A stretch of 64,000 bases of DNA from Paraspadella gotoi (taxonomy: Eukaryota; Animalia; Chaetognatha). Location: assembly GCA_051294375.1 (NCBI GenBank), contig CM119263.1:17942628-18006627 (forward strand), written 5' to 3'. This document shows positions 13,647 through 28,600 of the stretch, one piece after another. The notes under the pieces were generated by a model. The model was not told the DNA's origin. It searched no databases and was given only the letters and a program-made list of their open reading frames with translations. The position numbers and the translations under genes are program-made. How positions within the stretch are numbered: position 1 is the first letter of the stretch; every line of letters starts with the position of its first letter.

Positions 13647-16600
13647 ATGGATGATTGTCGCGAAAACACGATAAAAAATTCCCCTGAATACAGAAGCTTT
13701 CTCAGTTCTGTTCCCAAAAAGAAGGTAATGCTTTTTCTGAGTTCATCAATTACATCGTGATTATCCTAATTTTCCTAACATTTTCCAGTATATCGTTGAT
13801 CCGGATGGGCAAAGGGAGTGGACAGTTTTTGACGCGGGCCCCAAAACTGTTAGGTCTCCCCTCGTTTTTCTTCCACCTGTATCAGGATCAGCTGACGTTT
13901 TCTTTAGACAAATTCTCGCGCTTTCCTCTTTAGGATACAGAATTATTGCGGTGAGATTATTTGGTCTATGAATTTGTCGTCAAACCTTTATTAACCTTGA
14001 AAGAAAATAGAAGCGAACGAAATAATGATATATATATAATCATATTTTAAATACATTCGAGATCTCTTCAAAATCTATTTTGATAAAAAAGTTATGAAAA
14101 TTTGCAAAATTACTTGTTACACTAATAATAATTCATTAATAATACACTAATAATGATATATAATATATAATATATTGCATGTTGATCAACATCAAGAAAT
14201 TAAAGTTATATCTTGAAACTAACATTTAATTAAAAAAATATCATGAGATACTTAATGACAACATTTTTAAGTAGTTGTAGTCTTTTTATCTTGCCAGACG
14301 GGTTTAAGCCCGTCTTGGCGTGATAATCGCTTCTTTGTATCGTCGTCGTCGTCACGCTTTTTTACAATTTAAAATTGTAAAAGTGTATAAACATAAGAAG
14401 CTAAAAATTTAGATATAAAGAAAATTGTTGCGGTTACTTTCCAGCTATTTTTTGCATTTTAATTTAAGAAACAAAAAATAAAATTTAGATATCGAAAAAC
14501 TTTGGCCTCTTGTGATTCATATGAGCTGTATCTCATTTATGTACGACAAAAAATATTAGAGTTCTTTACAAAAGAAAATGAGTTATAAAAAAAATAAAGT
14601 AATAAATATTTTTTTGGATATTTATACTTTTTGTAATTCGCTTTTAGCCGATTTACTTAACCCCCCGAAATATTGTAGCAATTTTGGGGCCGCTCCGCAC
14701 CCCGTTTTTTTTTTTCAATTTTTTTTTTTTTTTTTTTTTCCGTCTCTTAACTTTTGCTAACCTACTACGAAGGATTTGTCTCTTACTTTTTCTATCTAGA
14801 GCATTTTCCCTTATTTCTATAAGAAATTTTGCTCCTAATTCTGCAAACCGCCACAGATTCTTCACTTGCAGCTCGCTTTACACATAAGGCAATTTTTGCC
14901 TGTTTTAGGTCTTAATAAAAACAGATGGCCCACAACATAAAGAGCAATTTTTCTGAAACATAAAGACAGTCCCATTGAAATCTCTTTGTATTATCACCCT
15001 ATTCTATCTAAGAGGGCTTAACAAAGCAGGAAGGTCTTTTTGTAAGACAAGGAACATTCATTTGCTACTTCTGTCCTGCACCTACTAGATTTTCAACTTG
15101 CACTGCTCTTCAACAAAATAGAAAATATAAAATAGATAGAAAAAAAAAGAATTAATATAAATATAGTATGAATAATAATTAAATTAATTAATTAATAAAA
15201 AAAAAAATAAGTATATCCATTTCATGTAAAATTAAATTAAATTAGTTAATAGAAAATAGAAATAAGAAAAAAGTAATTAAATTAATTAATTAATTTATTG
15301 ATTGATTAATAAACCAACGAAGCTGTTTAAAAATATGGGTGGATTGATGTCACGTGATTTAAACTTCCTATGTGGCACAATAAGTAAGTACGATATTACG
15401 GCGCATTGTAAGCAGTCTGACGCTTATTTCTCAGTCAGAGCGTGCATCTTCTCTTAAACAATTATTCTTATCCATACTGTCGCTCCTCATCTCATCACCA
15501 CGTAGTTGCGCGTGTTGTTCTCAGATGGCTGTTTGTTTGTCGGCAGCTGAGGAGAAAGGGAACGGATATATTAGAAACGGAAAAGCAGGACATTCTCTCT
15601 CTCACTGCTCTTCCAACACTCACCACTCAATTCCTCTCTAGATACTAGCTCAGTGAAAGCGAACGCCCACCAGAAATCACTTTTTTTGTTTCATACACTG
15701 TTTATGTTTGAACATGGTGTCGTTCACCTGCAGTTTCGAAATATTTTTTGAACCTTTTGAAATTTTTTCTGCAATTATTTTTTTTGCGAAATATATCTTG
15801 ATACTACGGAAATTTCCTTTTTTCCGCTTTCCGAGATTGTTTCGGATTCAGTTGGGTGAAATTCGAGGTCGGTTTCGTTATTGTCAAGATGTCCGACTCT
15901 CCGGCAAACCGAAATCGAGCCAGGCGTAAAAGCGGTCAAAAGCGAGCGAGCGGTGCCGCGGAAATGGGTCTGACTCCGCGAGCCGCGCCGACGTTTTTAG
16001 GGGCTTGTCTCCGGCCTCCTCCACCCTCCCGTAACGGCCCCCTTGTTTCTCACATGCGGGTGAACATGCCGCTAGGGCGCGCCGCCGAGGTCCGCGACCC
16101 GCCGCCGCCGCGGGTTTCTCCCTGGGTGGGCTCGAGCCGGGTGCACCGACTTAATTCATCGGCGTATGGTGGTAGGGGAGAGGACGTGTGCATTCGCGCT
16201 ACAGGCCGTCTTTAGCGGTGAAACGAATCAACTTGGATGTCAGGAGGGAATTCGCTTCTTCCCGAGTGGGAGGAGTTTCACCAACGTTCCTTGCGATCGA
16301 TATGCTTCGTGGCAACGGTGAGTTGATGTTCCTTTTTGTTGATTTTTGCCTTTTGGCTCATTAGTGATTTTTTCGTTATTTTTCGCTCCCCATTCGACTT
16401 TGGTCCTTGTTCTTGTTTTATCCTCGCCGCTTCTTGTTAGCTGGGCCTACGTGGTGGGGGCGCATGATAGTTTGGTTCAATGGACGGGTTCTTCATGGCT
16501 CCTCTCCCCCGTGTCTCCCGCCGTCCACCCTGCCCCGGTGGTGGGGGGGCTTCGGGGGTTTTTTTGTCTTTTTGGTCCGCGTATCTAATCAGTTTTTTCT

Positions 16601-19600
16601 CTTCTTTTCTGTCGATGTTGCATAGCTCTGAATTTCCACATTTTGTCCTCCCGCAATCAAGCCTTCTACTGCTGCTGATGAATTCGTTCCATGATCGTCC
16701 GCGCTCTGCGCCAAGCTTGTCCAGCCTAAACCGGCTCTTCCTAGCGGATATGGTTAGTTCGTCTCAATCTACTTCTGCAAATGCCATTGCAACCGGACGA
16801 TGATTCATCTGGTTCGCAGGGGCGAACTCTCTTCCACTTCTGATGCTCCAGTTGGATTTGGACTTATTCCAACGGCAAGACTGCATAGTTCCCTTCGGAT
16901 GGGTGTGTCAGCAATGGAGAGCTGCGTTACTGTTGGTTCTTCCGGGACGCTCGCCGGTGGGGCCGGTCAACGCAGATCTTTTGCTCGATGGGTTGATGGA
17001 TCTTCCCCTGCTGTCTTTGACGCTCCGCAATGAAGGATACTTGTGTCTCTGCCAATTGATGCGTTTCCAGGATCGCAAATCGGCTGTCTTTTTCAAGGCA
17101 GGCTCACTCGCTCTATGAGAGATGCGGGGCGTGGCTCATTCTGTCCTTCACACTGCAAGAAGGCCTGAAGTTTATGCATTGCGTCTTAGCTTCTTGGCGC
17201 AGACCCGAACTTAATTTTGGCTTGGAGACTTTGGCTGCTCCACTCGGTGGCCAGCTTTCAATGTCGGCGTTTTCTTTTATTCAGCTTTGCTGAATCTCGA
17301 CGTGGTAGTGGCGCTTCTCCGAAGGGCTTGATCACTGACGGATTCCTCCTTCTGTGGATTTTTACTTGGGGTCGTATCGACGGAGGTTTCTGGGCTTGCC
17401 ATTCTTCTCTTATCGGCTCCAGTTTTCGCCCCGAAATATGCAGCTCCGCGGAAGAAGTTTGCTAAGTCCAGGTTCCTACGCCTTTGCGCGTCGCGTCTTT
17501 GGCGTTCGGGGGGGATGGAGCGGCGTCGAAGGACTCCAAATGACTTCCTTTCGACGCCCCCTCGGCGTCGCCTCGTCCGGACCACTTTGGATATCAAGAC
17601 CAATGGATTCTGGTCCCAGGCTCGATTTTGTCTTCTCACGCGTCATCCGCACTTCCCGGTGGAGGGCGCTTGCAACATTCGTCCTTGGGCGGATTGGTCT
17701 GGACAGGAATTCTGCACTTTGCAAACGTGAAAGGTTCCTCATTGCAGGAGCGAACAGGATTCCTACCAGAATGCCTCTCCCTTCGGGCCCCTTCTTTGGG
17801 GACGGGCTCTCCTCTCGCGCGGATAGCGGGCTTTGGGGGTGCCGTGAGGAGGTGGAGCCTTCTCCGGGGTTTTCTCCAAGAATTTTTTCTGGTTCCCAGA
17901 TGGGGGGATGAGGCCGATTCTAAATTTGAAGAAGCCTCCAGCCTTCATCTGTCCCTCCTTACTTCCGGAATGGAAGGTTGTCAAGATGTTTCCGGAAAGA
18001 TGGTTCTTCCCGGGGACCTGGGCGTCGTCTATAGACCTTCGCGACGCTATCTCCACCTTGCCGCTTCCACGAGGACATACGCAAAGAGTTTTGTCGTTCA
18101 TTTGGAGAGGGCGGTATCTCCAGTAGCAAAGTCCTTCCTCTTCGGTTTGGCAACCGGTCTCTGGCTATTCACCAAGACGAACACGCCCTGTTAGTTCGCC
18201 TGGCTCCCGGAAAGAGGGGTATCAGGTGCCTTTTCTAACATAGAACGATATCTGATACTGGGGGACCTCGCAAGAGGAGTGTCTGGTGAAACACGTACTC
18301 ACAGCTCTTCGACTCTTGAAGGATGCGGGTTTCATCATCCATCCCAAGAAGTCAAGTTTGTTCCGACGCAGTTTTCAAGTTCTTGGTGCTCCAATGGGAC
18401 GGGGCGGCTTCAATCGAGTTGCGCTCGCCTTGACGAAAGAATTTTGTCACTTCGCGAGAGTGGCCGCCTCTCTCCTGCTAGAGCCCACTGCCATCAGCCC
18501 TTCAGGTTCTTGCCTGCTGGGTCTTGCGACCCGCAGCCTCTTTTGGCAGTCCCGCCTCATTCGTTGGCAGAGCGGCAAGGATTCAAACTGCGACGTCAAT
18601 CGTGTCTACTCCCACGGAAAGGATCTGGTGGAGACAGTCCTTCTTTCGGAGGCGGCGAGAGTGGAGCTAAACGTTGGATGTCAAAGCTCGAGATCCAGGA
18701 TTGCTTTGCTCCCGATCGCCCGATGTTCATCACCTGGATTCTTGCACGGCGGAAGTGACGACGGATGCGCTCGCAGGAGGGTTTGGGGCTTCCTTTTCAG
18801 CGGAGGCTTTCACCCGGGGGACTTGGGAAGCGCTGCAGATGCCTCCCCATATAAACTGTGAAGGAGGTTCATGGTCCTGCTGCAAGTTCCCTGCGTTCCC
18901 TTCGGTCAGCAGATCCAGGGCTGCAATCTTTTGTGGAAGACCGACAGCTAGTGTCTCTGGTTTGTCTCCTTGCCGCTCCTGCAGCCGCTCAACAGGATCT
19001 CACGAAGTTTGTCAGGAGAATTCTCTCCTTCTGGCTCAGTCTCTGCAGATGCACAATTGTGGGGACGCAATTTCTCCGCCCATTTCATCGGAGGAGAATT
19101 TGATCGCGGGATGCCAGCATCACGCGGAAGAGCAGTTCAGGATTGGCATCTCTCTCCCAGTTTTTCGACGGATTGTCGACGCGTTCTGGGTTTGCCCCAG
19201 ATAGATCTGTTTGCGACGGCGGCTCTCCTGTACCGTCAAGTTCCTCGCTACTCTCTTGGAAGAGTGGAGGAGGATCTCCTCGGACTGGATGCCCTGTCAA
19301 GTTTGGATTTTCGACGGCTTTACGTGTTTCCCGCCTCTCCCATTGATGCCCGAAGGTGATCCTCAAGTTGAGGGAAGGCCCCAAGGGGGAGTTTCTTTCT
19401 GAGCCCTTTTGGCCTAAGCCGAAGTGGTTGTCCGCGTTGTTGTTGACTCTTCGGTGTTGGAGGTCTCTTCGTCTCCCGTGGTCTCGTCGATTGGTGGTAG
19501 GATCAAAAGCCCGGACGCTCCTCCCAAGCCTGCGGATCGCCTCACCAAGTTGGTCGTCGGGGATTATGAAGGGCCGCACGGTCTCCAAGACTCTCAACAA

Positions 19601-22600
19601 CTCAGCTTTTTCAAACTGCATCTCCGACAGCATGGAGGGAATCTAACAGGATCCCGTTACGACAGGGTCTGGCGATGTTTTGACTCCTTCCCCCTTCAAG
19701 CGTAGGGCCTCGAGACATCAGGCCCTCTGAGGACGTCTCAGAGTATCTGAGCCCATCTCGCGACGGACGGTGCTGTCTTACAGCCACAGTGGAATTTGCA
19801 CAGATCGCTATCTCCGCTACTTTGCCTCATGTGGATGGTTCTCCAGTGGGTCAACATCCCTTTGCTGCCGTTTGCCTGAAGGGTGTCTTCCAAAACGCCC
19901 TCCTCGCTGCAGCGATTTCCCCGCTTGGAGTGTCGCCGCATTCTGCGAGTTTTTTGAATACTTCGCCTCTACCTATTTCTCCAGGCTCATGTTTTGAGGA
20001 GTACGATTTTCCTCTTGCCTATGGCCTCCTGCAGAAAGGCCTTCAGAGTTGGCTTCGCTTCGTTGTGGTAACTGGTCACATGGATTGCTGCTGACCACTT
20101 CGTTTTTGCCTTCTAACTGTCCAAGACTGATAGTTTTTCGTCGTCTTGTCCTGCTTTTCGTTTGGAATAGACTGCATGGCTCAAGTCGTTGCCCAGTCCT
20201 CTTGCTTTGGTTTTTTTGGCTTCGTGTTCGTTCATGATTGGATCTTGCGACCTAACACGATTTCCTCTTTACTTCTCCAACGCCTCCTTAGGTCCATTAT
20301 CTCTCGCACGTTTTTCATAGCATTCTCAAGTCGATCTTTGGAGAAGCGGACATCCGACGCGCACCTGGCTCGACAACGCGCTATGGCTGTATCGAAGCTT
20401 TGCAAGGGCGTGGGATCCTGGATGCGTTATTCTACGGGCAGGGGATTGGTCTGGAGCACAGACGCTTCTTCCGTTTCGAACTGTCGGGAGTCCGGCCGTG
20501 GAGTCCCTCTCATCAGATGGGTCCATTGTGGACTGAGTGATTTCCGTGGCGGTTCGCTTTCACTGAGCTAGTATCTGAGAGGAAGGAGAGGAGGGGAGGA
20601 AGAGCAGGAGGAAGTCCTGGCTTTTCCCGTTTTTTTCTTTTGTCCTTTCTTGTGGACAACACGAGCATCTGGATAGCAAAAGAGCAAAATCACGTGGTGA
20701 GAGGAGCCATGAAGAATCCCGGTTCCATTTGGAACCATAAATTACTGTGCTTACTGATAAGATAAAGTCGCAAAAATGTACCTTTGATTCATAAATTACC
20801 TAAGGCTGATTTTTTAATCTGCATTTTCTGCACACATTAGTAAATACTTTATTATTTATTTCTTAATTTTTTTCTTTCGTCATTCGCAGTGGGTCAGTGG
20901 GTTCTCTCCGGGAATTTCATCTGACGACGTTCCGACGAAAAACGGATTCTTAAGTTAGTGCTTTCTTAAGATTTTTTTCGTTTTTCGTTCTGCGTCGTAA
21001 CTACGGCAGACAATTTAATTTTTTGTCTGTCCTGCGCCGTAACGCGCGGCCGCACCAAGTCTGTGGCGTCCGTTCTAATACGGCCAGACCATTTTCCTTA
21101 TCTTAATATATCCGGGGGCGCGCAGAAGTTGTATTTAGATTTTTTGTGCGACGGCCCCGGTCGCAAGAAAGAATTACGTTTTTTCGTTTTTTTGAACGCT
21201 TAGGGCGTTTTAAAGTAAAAACATTTTAGAGATTTTGTTATTAAATAACTGTGCGTTTTTGTTATCGGGTTTTAATTTTTTTATGAATTATTATAAATTT
21301 TTTTATATTATATTTTTGCATTTTTAAAGTATAATTAAACTCCGTCGGGAGCGCGAGTCAGTCCTTGACTCTTTTTTAGGGACTTTTTTCTCTAAGGTTA
21401 ACAGGCCCCCGCCGCCTGACAGGACTAGAAATTTTTTTAAATTTAATACGATGGCGCTCGGCACGGATGAACCGATAAAACGAGTGACCTAATATTGCGA
21501 TAATCGTTGGCGAAACTTTCTCTCTCTCTCCTCTCTTTAAAAAAAAATTAATAAACTTTTTTTTCAACGCACGTACTACGCGACGAGTAACGAGTTTCCG
21601 GCTCTCTCTCTCTCTCAGTCTCTGTCTCTCTCTCTCTCTTCTCATCTCTCTCGTCCTACTGTTTTTTTTTAGTCCACCTTTTTTTTCACACACGCCGTCA
21701 CTTGGCGAGCGAGTAACGGTTCCGCTTCTGCAGGTCTGTTTCAGCTTCTTTCTCTCTCTCTCTCTCTCTCTGCATCTGTCTCTTTCTGTCTCTTTCTCTC
21801 TTTACGATCTCTTGCGTGATGCGTTCGTTTTTGAAAAATTTCGATTAATTTTTTTCCTTCTACAAAACTATTTATATTGCCATTGTATTCGGCGCTTTTT
21901 TCTAATACAAAATCCCAATTTAAATCCGAGATTCCTGGATAAATTTTAGAAAAAGTGAAGAATAACTTAACGAGTTCCGCTCTGCAGCGTCTGTTCAGGC
22001 TTCTTTCTCCTCTCTCATCTCTCTCTCTCAATGGGAAGCCATGCGTGTCCGGCTACCCGAGTCCTTTTGTCGCACCATGGCCGGGCCACGTCGGCCGGCC
22101 AATCTTTTGCCCTCCGGGAACTCGAGGTCGGAAAATTAAACTCTGATCAGGAGAAATCCTCGAATCAATAGGAACTACGTCCGGAGATCGGTGGTCGCGG
22201 ACGTAAGATTTCTTTTTAATTTAGTTTTTACTTATTTTTTTTGGATACTTTGCTTTTCTTTTCTTGTTTTTTGGGAGAACAATTTATTTTGTTCGTTGTG
22301 AAATTGATTTAGAAAAAGTTTTTAAAAAGAGATACAACAAAATGATTTTATTTCATAATGAAACAGACATGTTTTGACTCACATACGAGTCTTCCTTCAG
22401 CGCCCAATTCAATTTGTTAATTTGGAAGTTATTTTTTTTCTTTCTTTCTTTCATGTCTTTATTTTTTTTCTTTCTTCGCTTTTTTTTTATTTTTTTGTAA
22501 TTTTTTACTATTATATTTTTTAATCTTTCATTATTTTTTTAATTAAAGGAAAGAGAAGAACAAGAGTCTCGATCACGCGACACTTTCAGCTCCGCGATAT

Positions 22601-25600
22601 CGCGGACTCTGATCATTGAAGCCCGATGCCGCGGCGAGAGGGAAGGAAAAGAAGAGAAGAGAAAGAAGTATGACCCGTGGGTCAGGTTCGGGGTGCAGGT
22701 CGCGGACTGAGCCGCGGACGGAGGAGAACAAAAGCCGGCAGCCCGGAAACAATAGTGACCAAAAATTGGGTCGCGAAGTTCAAGTTATAATGCCTCCTCT
22801 CTCTCTCTCTCTTCTGTCTCTTTCTCTCTTACGATCCTCTTGCGTGATCGTTCTCGTTTATTGAAGAATCTGATTATTTTTTTCTTCTAAAAACTATATA
22901 TGCCATTTATTCTCGATCAAAAATCCCAAATTTAACTCCAGAGATTTTCGTGATACATTTGAGAAAAAAGTGAATAATACTTATAACCATGAATTCACAT
23001 GAGCTTCTGCGATATTTTGCTGTTAATTTTAATATAACGGCAGTGCGCGAAATAATTTTTTTTTTTTTTTTATTAATACCAAAAAGCAAGTTATTGACTA
23101 AATTTAAAAATAATAATTTAATTGCATGTATTTACCTAAAAAAAAATGTTTGTTTGTTTTTATTTATTACTTTAACTTTGGAGGCGGTCGGCCACTATTG
23201 GAGAAATTATACCTAAAATAGGAGTCGAGAAAAAGAGATAGTCAAATTAAACATTTTTTTTAATTTTGATAAATTTGTTATTATTAAATTTATAAATAAT
23301 TTAGTGCTATACTATTTAATCATTTTGTATCTTTTTTTAAAATATAATTATTTTAGTTGTGACTAATTCTATAAATTTGTTAAATTTTATCAAATATAAA
23401 ATTTGACCTCAGTCTGGTTTCTTCCTAAAAAATAGACAATCTAAAATTTCATTCAAGATTAAAATTTTTTAAAATGAGGAAATAAAATATTTTTTGATAA
23501 GTAAAAAAAATATTTTAAATTAAAAATATCATAGTCGTTAACTGAGTATTTCAACTATATATTTTGTTTAATAGGGATTATAATTTTTTGACCTTTATTA
23601 ATGGAAAATAGTTTCGCTTTATCGCGACACGGCAGACACACAGAGAAGAAGAAAGACAACACAGAGAGAGAGACAGGAGAGACTGCAACAAATATTTAGA
23701 ACGTGATAGAAATAAAATTGTTTTTGTTAGTGTGTGATTAAGGCATAAATAACTTTCTACTTTTTTTTTCAATTGAAATACAGAACAAGACTTTTGTTCA
23801 TCTAGTTCAAAATGAGGTTGAAACCTTAACTAATTTTGTATATTATTGAAAATGAATGAGATTGGATATTGATTGTATAAAAATGAAAAATATGAAATAA
23901 ATAGGCAACTAAAACATGAAAAATAAACATTGGAAAATAAAATAAATACGGCTTTGAACGAGCATCCATAAAAAAGATTTGCAAGTGCAGAAAAATAGGA
24001 ATCCCGAGTGAAAGAAAATGATTGAATAAATCTAGTATAGTGATCTCGCCAGTCCTTACTATCAAAAAATAAATGAAAAAGTACTAAATCTAATTTTGCA
24101 TATTGCAGTAAATTATATTAAACTGGAAACTTTAAACAAAAAAATATTTAGAATGCGATATAAAACAAATAAAATGGATACACATTTCAACTTCTCACTG
24201 CCTCACTAATGGAACTTGATAACTAGAATAGTTAAAAATCGAAAAAATGCTTCAAGTTAAAAAATTATGAAAGTTTGAAAAAATTATGCAAGTTGCAAAA
24301 ATTATGCAAGTGAAAAAATTATGCAAGTTGAAAAATTATGCAAGTTGAAAAATTATGCAAGTTGAAAAAATTATGCAAGTTGAAAAAATTATGCAAGTTG
24401 AAAAAATTATGCAAGTTGAAAAAATTATGCAAGTTTGAAAAAAAATTATGCAAGTTGAAAAAAATTATGCAAGTTGAAAATTATGCAAGTTGAAAAAATT
24501 AATGCAAGTTGAAAAATTATGCAAGTTGAAAAATTATGCAAGTTGAAAATTATGCAAGTTGAAAAAAATTATGCAAGTTGAAAAAAATTAATGCAAGTGA
24601 AAAAAATTATGCAAGTTGAAAAAATTATGCAAGTTGAAAAAATTGCAAGTTAAAAAAATTATGCAAGTTGAAAAAAATTATGGCAAGTTGAAAAAATTAT
24701 GCAAGTTGAAAAATTATGCAGTTGAAAATTATGCAAGTTGAAAAAAATTATGGCAAGTTGAAAAAATTATGCAAGTGAAAAAATTATGCAAGTTGAGAAA
24801 AAAATTATTGCAAGTGAAAAATTATGCAAGTTGAAAAAATTATGCAAGTTGAAAAAATTAATGCCAAGTTGAAAAAATTATGCAAGTTGAAAAATTATGG
24901 CAAGTTGAAAAAATATGCAAGTTGAAATTATGCAAGTGAAAAAATATGCGCAAGTTGAAAAAATTATGCAAGTTTGAAAAATTAAGCAGTTAGAAAAAAT
25001 TATGCAAGTTGAGAAAAAATTATGCAGTGAAAAAATTATGCAAGTTGAAAAAAATTATGCAAGTTGAAAAAATTATTGCAAATTTAAAACGATATTATTT
25101 TTTCCGCAGTAACAGTTCAAGTTTAGCCCTTATAAAGCGATTTATGTATGCGGCGCAGCACTGTTAATTTATATTTCCGGTTCTTTTTTTATTATTTTGA
25201 GTTAAACCATTACTATTAAAAATCCTTGCTTTTCTCCATATTAAATGAATTATTTGGCATCATCTCCATTAGGATAGATTCAGGGAGGAATCTTAATTCA
25301 TATGTTAAAGAAGAGCGGTATTATATTGTTGGTTTTCTTTTCTTTTTGTTGGTAAAATAATTAGATGAAACAGAATTTTGATTTTCACAACGAATTTGTT
25401 TTAGATTAAAAACATGTTTCGAACATGTTTCCGTTCTTCATCAGTGTTTGAGTTTGAATTACAAATTATTGGTTAGTTAAAGTTGAGAGAGAGGGAGAGA
25501 GAGATACAGAGAGTGAGGGAGAGAGAGAGGGAAAGCTTCCAACAAAGAATTGAGGGAAAGGTAAAATTAGAGGGTGAGGACAGCTGAAGTTTTGGTTCAG

Positions 25601-28600
25601 ATTGAGGGATACAGGAGGGAAAGGATATGAAAGGTCAGAGGAAATAATACAGAGGTAATAAGTTAGGCTTTACATTGAAATAATGTAAAACTAATAGTAA
25701 ATGCATTTGTAAACTAAAATGAAAAAGTAAAAAGTAGAAATCAAAAATGATATCAACAATAAATTTAATTAATTAAAGTTATTTAAAAATTTGAAATATT
25801 GTGAAAGAGAAAGTTAAAGAAAGAAGCTCAAAATGAGCTGGCCCCCTCCCCTTTTATGGGCCATCTGTTGAGGTTTTACCTTTTCATTTTAGTTTACAAA
25901 TGCATTTAACTATTAGTTAAGTTATATATTATTTCAATGTAAAGCCTCTGTATTATTTCCTCTGACCTTTCATTTCCTTTCCCTCCTGTATCCATCAATC
26001 TGAACCAAAACTTCAGCTGTCCTCGCCCTCTAATTTTACCTTTCCCTCAATTCTTTGTTGGAAGCTTTCCCTCTCTCTCTCCCTTACTCTCTGGGTCTCT
26101 CTCTCTCTCTCTCAACTTTAACTCACCAATAATTTGTAATTCAAACTCAAATACTGATGAAGAATGGAAACACGTTCAAAACATGTCTGTTTTTAATCTA
26201 AATAAACAAATTTGTTGTGAAAATTATATTGTATTATTATATTTATATTGTAAAGTATCAATAACTTTTTTGTAAACAAAGTTATTTCTGGATTTATTAT
26301 TAGAACCAAATATCAAACGAGTAAAAAAAAAATCAAAGATTTTGTTGAAGTAAAAGAAAATTTATTATTTGGTAAATGACTTGGCAGGAATTTGAAAAAA
26401 AAATTATTATATTATGCAGCAACAACTCTAACCTGGTTTATTTTATAAAAGATCAATCTTTTTCACTAATTGCCAAAGATTATTTTTTGCCCCAAATCTG
26501 ATAAAAAATATGTCAGAGATATAATATTAATAATAATGTGGGTAGTCCTGAAGAAGTGAAAACTGTCAAAGAACCTCTTTTGGAAATATTTGTATGCATT
26601 AAATAATTTTATGCTGTAAAAAGATAATTATTTTATTCAGTCTTAAGGAGGTTATATTATATATTAAAACTTATTTATTAGCCAAAAAATATATTTAATA
26701 ATGAAATTAACTAACTTTTTCAAATGAATGGCTATCCTCGCATCAATGAATGACTATCATAGCATCAATGAATGACTATCCTCGCATCAATGAATGACTA
26801 TCCTCGCATCAATGAATGACTATCATCGCATCAATGAATGACTATCATCGATCAATGAATGACTATCATCGCATCAATGAATGACTATCATCGCATCAAT
26901 GAATGACTATCATCGCATCAATGAAGACTATCATCGCATCAATGAATGACTATCATCGCATCAATGAATGACTATCATCGCATCAATGAATGACTATCAT
27001 CGCATCAATGAATGACTATATCGCATCAATGAATGACTATCATCGCATCAATGAATGACTATCATCGCATCAATGAATGACTATCATCGCATCAATGAAT
27101 GACTATCATCGCATCAATGAATGACTATCATCGCATCAATGAATGACTATCATCGCATCAATGAATGACTATCATCGCATCAATGAATGACTATCATCGC
27201 ACTGAATACTACATCGATAATGAATGACTATCATCGCATCAATGAATGACTATCATCGCATCAATGAATGACTATCATCGCATCAATGAATGACTATCAT
27301 CGCATCAATGAATGATATCATCGCATCAATGAATGACTATCATCGCATCAATGAATGACTATCATCGCATCAATGAATGACTATCATCGCATCAATGAAT
27401 GACTATCATCGCATCAATGAAATGACTATCATCGCATCAATGAATGACTATCATCGCATCAAATGAATGACTATCATCGCATCAATGAATGACTATCATC
27501 GCATCAATCAATCATTTGGTTATCATCGCATTACTATTGTATTAATTATTATTACATCAATCAATTATTATTATTATATTAATCAATTATTATTATTATA
27601 TTAATCAATTATTATTATTATATTAATCAATTATTATTATTATATTAATCAATTATTATTATTATATTAATCAATTATTATTATTATATTAATCAATTAT
27701 TATTATTATATTAATCAATTATTATTATTATATTAATCAATTATTATTATTATATTAATCAATTATTATTATTATATTAATCAATTATTATTATTATATT
27801 AATCAATTATTATTATTACATCAATCAATTATTATATCAATAATTCGTTATTGCATTAATTTTTTTGGCGAGTAACGTCTGGCGATATCACAATACTTTT
27901 AAGATTTTTTAATTTTAAATGAGTTGGTTACTATCCAACCAAAAATTTATCCTATTTAGTAATTTACCCTAGATTGACTCACCCGCCTGCTGGTCTGTGC
28001 GTGAATGGTGCCTATCTTTCCGTCGCTTGCTGGACCACTTAAGACTTGATCTTGTTCACCTTTTCGGCTCTTCGCTGGGTGGATTTCTGGCGCAAAAGTT
28101 CGCGGAAATGACACACAGGTTCTTCTGACGATAGTCTACAGTAGGGTGGAGTGATGAAAAGATTGAGTGATTGAACATTATTTTTTTGCTGCCTATGGAC
28201 ATATAATTAATGAATTTTAAATCCTTTTAAAATTTTTTTTAGCATAACAGTATAGCAAATTCTATTATTTATGTAGTAATATCCTTATAAAATCGTCAAA
28301 TTTCAAAATTTGGATTCGCTGTAAAAAACTAAGAAACTTTTATAAAATATGTTATATGATATTTTAATGTTTAGATCACAAAAAATGACTAAAACGTTTT
28401 AACATATATAAGTTTCTACTACAGAGAATAAAAAAGTCAGGAATTTCCACCTTTTTTTTATTTTAAACATTGAAGATGACATTTTTAGTCGTATCTGCTT
28501 TTAAGCAGATCCCGACTCTATAATTCACTTTGTCGATCCGCCCCCTCAATCATGTCGGGCATTCACTTATATCATGTCAGAACATCGAATTATGATAAAT

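Noticed and set aside
15856-20571. Many overlapping 60-190-aa ORFs as separate genes
   Set aside because: They are frameshifted fragments or shadows of the single DIRS element; a gag ORF could not be identified.
26722-27530. CRISPR-like regular array
   Set aside because: Units are head-to-tail with no unique spacers, the context is a eukaryotic intron, and there are no cas genes.
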